Assembly (NCBI GenBank): GCA_035193785.1
Contig: CP136572.1
Location: 4,372,578 to 4,436,577, forward strand
DNA: 64,000 bases
Direction of reading: 5' to 3'
From: Planktothrix sp. GU0601_MAG3
Lineage (GTDB): Bacteria; Cyanobacteriota; Cyanobacteriia; Cyanobacteriales; Microcoleaceae
A program made the position numbers and the translations under genes. Position 1 is the stretch's first letter; each line of letters starts with the position of its first letter. A model generated the notes under the pieces. The model worked only from the letters and a program-made list of their open reading frames with translations, was not told the DNA's origin and searched no databases. Below, piece by piece: positions 58,182 to 64,000 of this stretch.

Positions 58182-58634
58182 TTAATTATAATCACCTACA
58201 CTGGATTGATAAATGTCTTTTTCAATTGGCCAATCTTCATTTTCACCGCCAATAATAATTTTTTCAATGGTGACATATTCCTGGCTAAGTTGACGAAAGC
58301 TATTAATTAAAACATCAAGAGCAAAAGCATCACTGGTTCCCAAATCAAACCAACAACGCGCCCAGACACCCTGATATTCTATTTCCCCCATATTGTGCAT
58401 CAGTGCCATCATACTATTATCCACAATGGCATCATCATAGGTCATATAATTTAGGTCAATTCCCGTGTCCTGAACCTGTAGATTTTCGGCGTTAAATCCT
58501 CCCATTTTTCCTAATAAAAACCAAGAATCAAAAACTTCCTCAATATAATCCCGTTCACTGCGGGAGGGGACGGTTTGAAATTGCAGCCAAATCCAAATAT
58601 CAAAAGGATTACATTCTCTAAACAAAACTTCCAT
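58182..58634 (-). CDS. Conserved cyanobacterial protein (DUF3531-like)
   Basis: 'FRECNPFDIWIW', 'GKMGGFNAENLQV', 'WARCWFDLGTSD'. Confidence 0.75.
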   Translation of the reverse strand: MEVLFRECNPFDIWIWLQFQTVPSRSERDYIEEVFDSWFLLGKMGGFNAENLQVQDTGIDLNYMTYDDAIVDNSMMALMHNMGEIEYQGVWARCWFDLGTSDAFALDVLINSFRQLSQEYVTIEKIIIGGENEDWPIEKDIYQSSVGDYN

Positions 58635-58643
58635 AATTAAAAG

Positions 58644-59672
58644 CTATAATGGTGGTAATTGATTGACAGTTGGCCCCCAAAGACCATTAGCATCTTTAAT
58701 TGTATCTCGCAAGGGATCACAGGGACGACTTTGATTATCAATTCGGTTTAAATTTTTGCATTGTTCATAGAAAATTTGAGCCACTAATCGTTTAGGAAGT
58801 TGATCGGATTTACCCAAAGATTGAGTAAAATATTTTTGGGCTTCTTTTAACTGGGTCGGGGTTGTGGTTTGATTTTCGGTTTTTAATTTTTTCCCCTGGT
58901 CGGCTAAGATTTGCGCCTTTAAATATAATACTTCTGGATGGTTAGGCGCTTCTGATAGGGCTTTGTCCGTATAAGTTAAGGCTTGCTCCGGTTGACCTAA
59001 ATTTTTGTAGCCAATAGCAATTCCTCGATAGACTAAATAACGAGGTTCCGCTTGTTTTTCTAATTTATTAATTGCTTTATTTGAGTCGGAAAAGGGAAGG
59101 TTTAAGGATAATAATAAATCCATATAACCTTGAATTAGATTAAGTTCGGGATCTTGAGAATCAATTTTTTGAGCGACATCCAAGAACTCTAACACCTCTT
59201 GTAATTTATTGAGTGCTTTAGGCGCACCCTTGATTGTCCCTTCGGTGACTAAAGTATGGCCTCCCTGTAAAAATAAACCGACCGCCACATAGAGATTCCC
59301 GCGTAAAGGATCTTTTGTACTCAATATTTTGGCGGATTCCAGGGTTTTATCACTATAGGTTTTTAAAGCCGTAAAATCCTGATCTTGGTAAGCTAAAGAA
59401 GCTAAAAGGGCATAAACTAAAGGTTCATTTGGTTCTTGAGATTTCGCTTGTTCTAAATATTCCTTAGCTTGTTTATAATTCCCCTGGGCAAACATGGATT
59501 TAAAAGCAGATTCCGTTTGATTTCCAATCGGACGAGGCTCATTTTTACGGAAGGGATCAGCAGCAAAAACAAGATTTATCCCTAAACCAAATACAATTAA
59601 ACCTGTATTAATTCCCAGGAAAATTTTTTTCAAAAATAGTTTTGGGTTTTTAAAATAAGAATAAATCATCAT
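58644..59672 (-). CDS. Secreted TPR protein, Sll0314/Alr1548-like
   Basis: Signal peptide then 'ADPFR', 'GNLYVAVGLFLQG', 'DPELNLIQGYMDL'. Confidence 0.7.
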   Translation of the reverse strand: MMIYSYFKNPKLFLKKIFLGINTGLIVFGLGINLVFAADPFRKNEPRPIGNQTESAFKSMFAQGNYKQAKEYLEQAKSQEPNEPLVYALLASLAYQDQDFTALKTYSDKTLESAKILSTKDPLRGNLYVAVGLFLQGGHTLVTEGTIKGAPKALNKLQEVLEFLDVAQKIDSQDPELNLIQGYMDLLLSLNLPFSDSNKAINKLEKQAEPRYLVYRGIAIGYKNLGQPEQALTYTDKALSEAPNHPEVLYLKAQILADQGKKLKTENQTTTPTQLKEAQKYFTQSLGKSDQLPKRLVAQIFYEQCKNLNRIDNQSRPCDPLRDTIKDANGLWGPTVNQLPPL

Positions 59673-59885
59673 TTTTAATCAACGAGTAAACAGCTAAGGA
59701 GTGATTGAATTGGAAAAAAACAAAAAGTTAACTGTTAATCAATCAACTGATGACTGATAAATATGTTATAATCTAGGGCAATCATTGATTTAACCATGGC
59801 TTTTGCCCCGCTTTTGGGTTGGACTATCAATGATTCAAGTCTTCATCCCTATTGCCCGTTCCCCGTTCCCTGCTATATTTTTCTG

Positions 59886-60570
59886 ATGCTTTATATCAAA
59901 AACTTAGTTTATCACCCCGCCGCTAGTGACAACTCGATTTTAACCCAAGTTAACTTAGAATTGGCACCGCAGCAAATGGGACTGATTATTGGGCCTAGTG
60001 GATCGGGGAAAAGCACACTATTAGAAATTTTATCGGGTTTGGCCACCAAAACCCAGGGAGATATTCGCTGGAGGGAGCAAGAATTAACCCCAGAACACCT
60101 ACAACAACTGGTGGGTTTAGTGTTTCAATTTCCAGAACGACATTTTTGCGGGGGCACAATTTTAGAGGAATTGCGCCTGGGTCATCCCGAAATCGATGCA
60201 GAAACAGGTTGATAAAGCCTTAGAGGAAGTGGGACTAGGCCATTTATCATTACAGATTGCGCCCCATTCCCTCAGTGGCGGACAACAACGACGTCTAGCT
60301 TTGGCAGTACAATTAATTCGCCAACCCCATATTCTGATGTTGGATGAACCCACGGCCGGGTTAGACTGGTCAATGCGACAACAATTGATTAGTTTATTAG
60401 GTAAATTAAAAAAACATTGGACGTTATTAGTCGTTACCCATGACGCCCGAGAATTATTTGGTTTGGCTGACCGATGCTGGTCATTAAAACATGGTCATTT
60501 AACCGTCCTAGATATTGATGCCATGGCAATCGCAGAAAAACAAAAAATTGCCGCTTTTCCCCCCGTTTAA
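59886..60570 (+). CDS. ABC transporter ATP-binding protein (ECF/CbiO-like; frameshift at 60201)
   Basis: 'GPSGSGKST', 'VFQFPERHF', 'LSGGQQRR', 'LDEPTAGLD'. Confidence 0.88.
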
Positions 60571-60583
60571 TTTTGAGTCAATT

Positions 60584-61333
60584 ATGAATGAAATTTCCTC
60601 TCCCCAATTACCTGATCTGACTGCCGTTTGGCAGGAAACCTTAAATTGGCAACCCACTCCCGAACAACAGATTTTATTCCAACAATTATTTGAGTTAATT
60701 ATTCAGTTTAATCAACAGCTTAACTTAACTCGCCTGACGGAACCCGAAGATTTTTGGGAAAAACATTTATGGGATTCCCTGCGAGGAATTTTACCTTTAT
60801 TATCGGCAAATAATCCGCTTCCCCCAGGAACAAAATTTATTGATATTGGCACGGGTGCGGGTTTTCCGGGCATCCCTTTGGCTATAATTTTTCCTGAGTC
60901 TTCCGTCACCCTTTTAGACTCAACTCGTAAAAAAATTACCGCATTAACCACCATTTTAGAAGAATTAAAAATTAATAATACCATTCCTTGGGTGGGTCGC
61001 TCCGAAGCTCTAGGTCAACATCCAAAACATCGAGAATCCTACGATTTTGCCCTATTAAGAGCCGTTGCCCCTCCCTCAGTTAGTGCTGAATATGCACTGC
61101 CTTTATTAAAGGTGGGAGGGACGGCAATTCTCTATCGTGGTCATTGGACACCGGAAGAAGAACAGCAGTTAATCTCGGCGGTGAAACAGTTAGGGGGAGT
61201 GCTAGAATCCGTGGATGGGTTTACCACTCCTTTAACCCAAGGTATTCGCCATTGTTTATATTTAAAAAAGGTCAGACCCACGGCTAAACAATATCCCCGC
61301 GCCATTGGTGTTCCGGGTCAAAAACCCTTGTAA
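60584..61333 (+). CDS. rsmG: 16S rRNA m7G527 methyltransferase
   Basis: 'NLTR', 'KHLWDSL', 'DIGTGAGFPGIPL', 'LLDSTRKK', 'YPR'. Confidence 0.93.
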   Translation: MNEISSPQLPDLTAVWQETLNWQPTPEQQILFQQLFELIIQFNQQLNLTRLTEPEDFWEKHLWDSLRGILPLLSANNPLPPGTKFIDIGTGAGFPGIPLAIIFPESSVTLLDSTRKKITALTTILEELKINNTIPWVGRSEALGQHPKHRESYDFALLRAVAPPSVSAEYALPLLKVGGTAILYRGHWTPEEEQQLISAVKQLGGVLESVDGFTTPLTQGIRHCLYLKKVRPTAKQYPRAIGVPGQKPL

Positions 61334-61523
61334 TTAAGGGAATAGGGAGGATATAATCTGTGATTTACGTCACAACATTAGATGAATTTCCCACTATTAT
61401 TTCAGATGTGCTGACATCACAGAAACCTGTGATCAATCTCATCGAAGTTAGGGGATTAACTTCACTGGGTTTTTGGGGTCAATCTCCGATGATTGAATAT
61501 AGTAAATCAGAAGGAGTTAGCCA

Positions 61524-62072
61524 ATGCCACCACTAAATCTAGTCTTAAATTTAGATCAAGACTTTCCCATTGTTCAGGAGATGACCACCGAAATTCATCA
61601 TTATTTAAGAACTCCTGTTTCTATTATTACATCCTCATCTTATTTATTACAAGTTTCCCTCGGCCCACAGAAAAAAACATCTCAGTCTCCCTCGAAATAT
61701 ATCGCTCTAATGCAGGATGCTGCTCAATGTTTAGAAATCAGTTGTCATCGGATAATTACCCGAATGAATCAAGCCAAATTTGATAGTTGGGCTTTAAATC
61801 GGATTCGTTTTTATTTGGATAAAATCATCTATTTTTGCCAAACTGTTTTGGGAAATTTAAAAACGATTTCCCATTCAAACTATCAGCATAAGCTCATGGA
61901 TGAGACTGAAAAATCTGAAATTATTAATTTAGTCGTGGGTTTAAATCAATGGGCAATGCAGATGACAGATGTGTTAGGTTCAGATTCCTTTCACAATTAT
62001 ATTCAAAAGTTTTCTGAGGGTCTATTTATCAAGTCAAGCTTGAATAATTTTGAGGATTGTAAATCGGCATGA
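61524..62072 (+). CDS. Hypothetical protein with HisKA-like N-terminal motif
   Basis: 182-aa ORF with AGGAG upstream; 'EIHHYLRTPVSII' resembles an H-box. Confidence 0.55.
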   Translation: MPPLNLVLNLDQDFPIVQEMTTEIHHYLRTPVSIITSSSYLLQVSLGPQKKTSQSPSKYIALMQDAAQCLEISCHRIITRMNQAKFDSWALNRIRFYLDKIIYFCQTVLGNLKTISHSNYQHKLMDETEKSEIINLVVGLNQWAMQMTDVLGSDSFHNYIQKFSEGLFIKSSLNNFEDCKSA

Positions 62073-62160
62073 ACAGAGAAATCTCTAATTTTAATTATAA
62101 AAAATAAAGACATGGTATTAAACCATGTCCTCGGAAAAGTTATATTAATATTAAACTGAA

Positions 62161-62437
62161 TCAACCACCAGCAACCGCCGGAACAATACTCACCTCATCC
62201 CCAGATTCTAGTTTGGTTTTAGTTCCTTCTAAGAAGCGAATATCTTCACTATTCACATAGAAATTCAAGAATCTCCGGGGTTTCTCCGGTATCATCACAG
62301 AGACTTTTTTTAATCCCTGGACAACTAACTTCTAAGGAATCAATTAATTCGGAAACGCTAGAACCAGAACACTCAATTGTTGCTTGATTATTAGTAAACT
62401 TTTGCAGGGGTGTGGGAATTAAAACTTTAACAGTCAT
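62161..62437 (-). CDS. MoaD/ThiS family sulfur-carrier protein (frameshift at 62280)
   Basis: 'VLIPTPL'; after correction it ends '[13 protein letters not shown]' with the C-terminal GG. Confidence 0.9.
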
Positions 62438-62536
62438 AGGTTCAACAGGACAATAAATTAACGGTTGGGATTGAGTAGAAACGTTTTAGACTATTTTAGT
62501 ACGGGCGGGTTCATGGAGATGTGCGGTAAGCCGCCC

Positions 62537-63842
62537 CTACACTAACACTTGTTGCCATTCCAGACGGTCTAAAGTGCGAGCGCGTTCAATTGCCCGTTCA
62601 AAACTTTCTAATTTCGGTTCAATAGTTAAGGGTTCACCAACATAACCTTGGATGGCTTCTTGAGTTTTCAAGCCATTTCCCGTAATATAAACAACGGTGG
62701 TTTCCTCTGGGTCAATTTTACCCGCTTCGACCAATTTTTTCAAGACGGCAATAGTAGTTCCCCCGGCGGTTTCCGTAAAAATACCTTCGGTTTCGGCTAA
62801 TAATTTCATCCCTTGAATCACTTCTTCATCATTGACAGATTCAATATTTCCGTTAGTTTTATTCGCTAATTCAACGGCATAAATTCCATCGGCGGGGTTG
62901 CCAATAGCAATGGATTTAGCAATAGTATTAGGTTTAACCGGAGTAATAAAATCCCGTCCTTCTTTAAACGCCGTAGCAACCGGAGAACAGCCTTCGGCTT
63001 GGGCTCCACTGAAACGCACGGGTTTGTCATCAACTAAACCCACTTTGACAAATTCTTGGAAACCTTTATGAATCTTAGTGAATAGGGAAACCCGAAGCAA
63101 TGGGAGCCACAATATGGTCAGGTAACTTCCAGCCCAGTTGTTCGATAACTTCATAACCTAGGGTTTTTGAACCTTCGGAATAGTAGGGACGCAGGTTAAT
63201 ATTCACAAATCCCCAGCCGTGGGTATTAGCCACTTCCGAACAGAGGCGGTTAACTTGATCGTAATTGCCTTTCACCGCCATTAAAATCGGGTTGTAGATT
63301 AGAGTCCCCAGGATTTTACCCGCTTCTAAGTCCGCCGGGATGAACACACAGCAGTCCAGACCCGCTCTGGCGGCAATGGCGGCCGTGGAGTTGGCCAAAT
63401 TTCCGGTACTAGCACAGGAAACCGTGGAAAATCCCAATTCTCTAGCGCGACTCAAAGCAACGGACACCACCCGATCTTTGAAGCTCAGGGTGGGCATATT
63501 CACAGCATCATTTTTAATATACAGATTCTTTAAACCCAGGCGACGAGCCAACCGTTCTGACTTAATTAGGGGAGTCATTCCCGTACCCACATCAATCACA
63601 TTCTCAGTAGCGACAGGCAGAAACTTGCGATAACGCCAAATCGAGTTAGGGCCAGCTTCAATCGTAGCGCGGGTGACGGTTTGGCGGAGCAGGTCATAGT
63701 TGTACTGGACTTCTAAGGGGCCAAAACAGACTTCACAAACGTGCTTGGCTTCGGGGGCGTATTCTTCCCCACACTCTTTACATTTTAATTTGTCAAAGGT
63801 AGCGCCGGTGAGTGCTAAGTTGTTGGTTGTTGCCTGAGTCAT
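62537..63842 (-). CDS. Threonine-synthase-like PLP enzyme (frameshift at 63087)
   Basis: N-terminal CxxC..CxxC, 'PTLSFKDR', 'ASTGNLA', 'EGSKT', 'ITGNGLKT'. Confidence 0.88.
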
Positions 63843-63917
63843 GACCTGTCCTCCACTGTGAATCTGATGCTGGGGTGTTGAAATTAAGTTATCACAATCT
63901 CAAAATTGTCGTCAACC

Positions 63918-63942
63918 ATACCCGACTTTTTTTGTCGGGATT
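63918..63942. promoter_or_regulatory. Rrf2-family (IscR/CymR-like) operator next to a -35 element
   Basis: ATACCCGACTTTTTTTGTCGGGATT, a 25-nt palindrome resembling the IscR type-1 consensus ATASYYGACTRWWWYAGTCRRSTAT; TTGACG on the minus strand at 63910-63915. Confidence 0.6.
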
Positions 63943-64000
63943 AAAACGAGATTGTACAGTGCTAGGTTTGGGGTTCACCGCTCCGCCTCCTGAATCCCTT

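Overview
A 64-kb chromosomal window from a cyanobacterium. Many GCGATCGC HIP1 sites, short tandem repeats, ndhN, ldpA and crtO support this; an Oscillatoriales/Planktothrix-like origin is my inference. The centre (about 25-45 kb, minus strand) is the S10-spc-alpha ribosomal protein superoperon from rplC to prfA. The left arm holds a hybrid histidine kinase, housekeeping genes, an IS200/IS605 element encoding an HNH-less OMEGA nuclease (IsrB) with its omegaRNA, tRNA-Ser(GGA), crtO, a TPR/O-GlcNAc transferase and an orphan 21-repeat CRISPR array next to dprA. The right arm holds ndhN, nested MITEs, ldpA, a CheR/CheW/MCP/MCP/CheA cluster, and a threonine-synthase-like gene paired with a MoaD/ThiS sulfur carrier behind an Rrf2-type operator. 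Main observations: (1) 30 apparent frameshifts, many in essential genes, are all extra A/T bases inside GAAC/GTTC. This is the classic Dnd phosphorothioate motif, so a DNA modification may be leaving a base-calling footprint. (2) The IsrB element sits exactly at the ATG of a host gene, and the reconstructed empty site reads guide followed by ATGA. (3) Two TnpB 3'-end/omegaRNA remnants lie inside the ribosomal operon, one with a predicted guide covering the rplC ribosome-binding site. (4) A candidate sulfur-carrier-dependent homocysteine pathway. Frameshifted genes are listed as single CDSs because the breaks are most likely sequencing artefacts.
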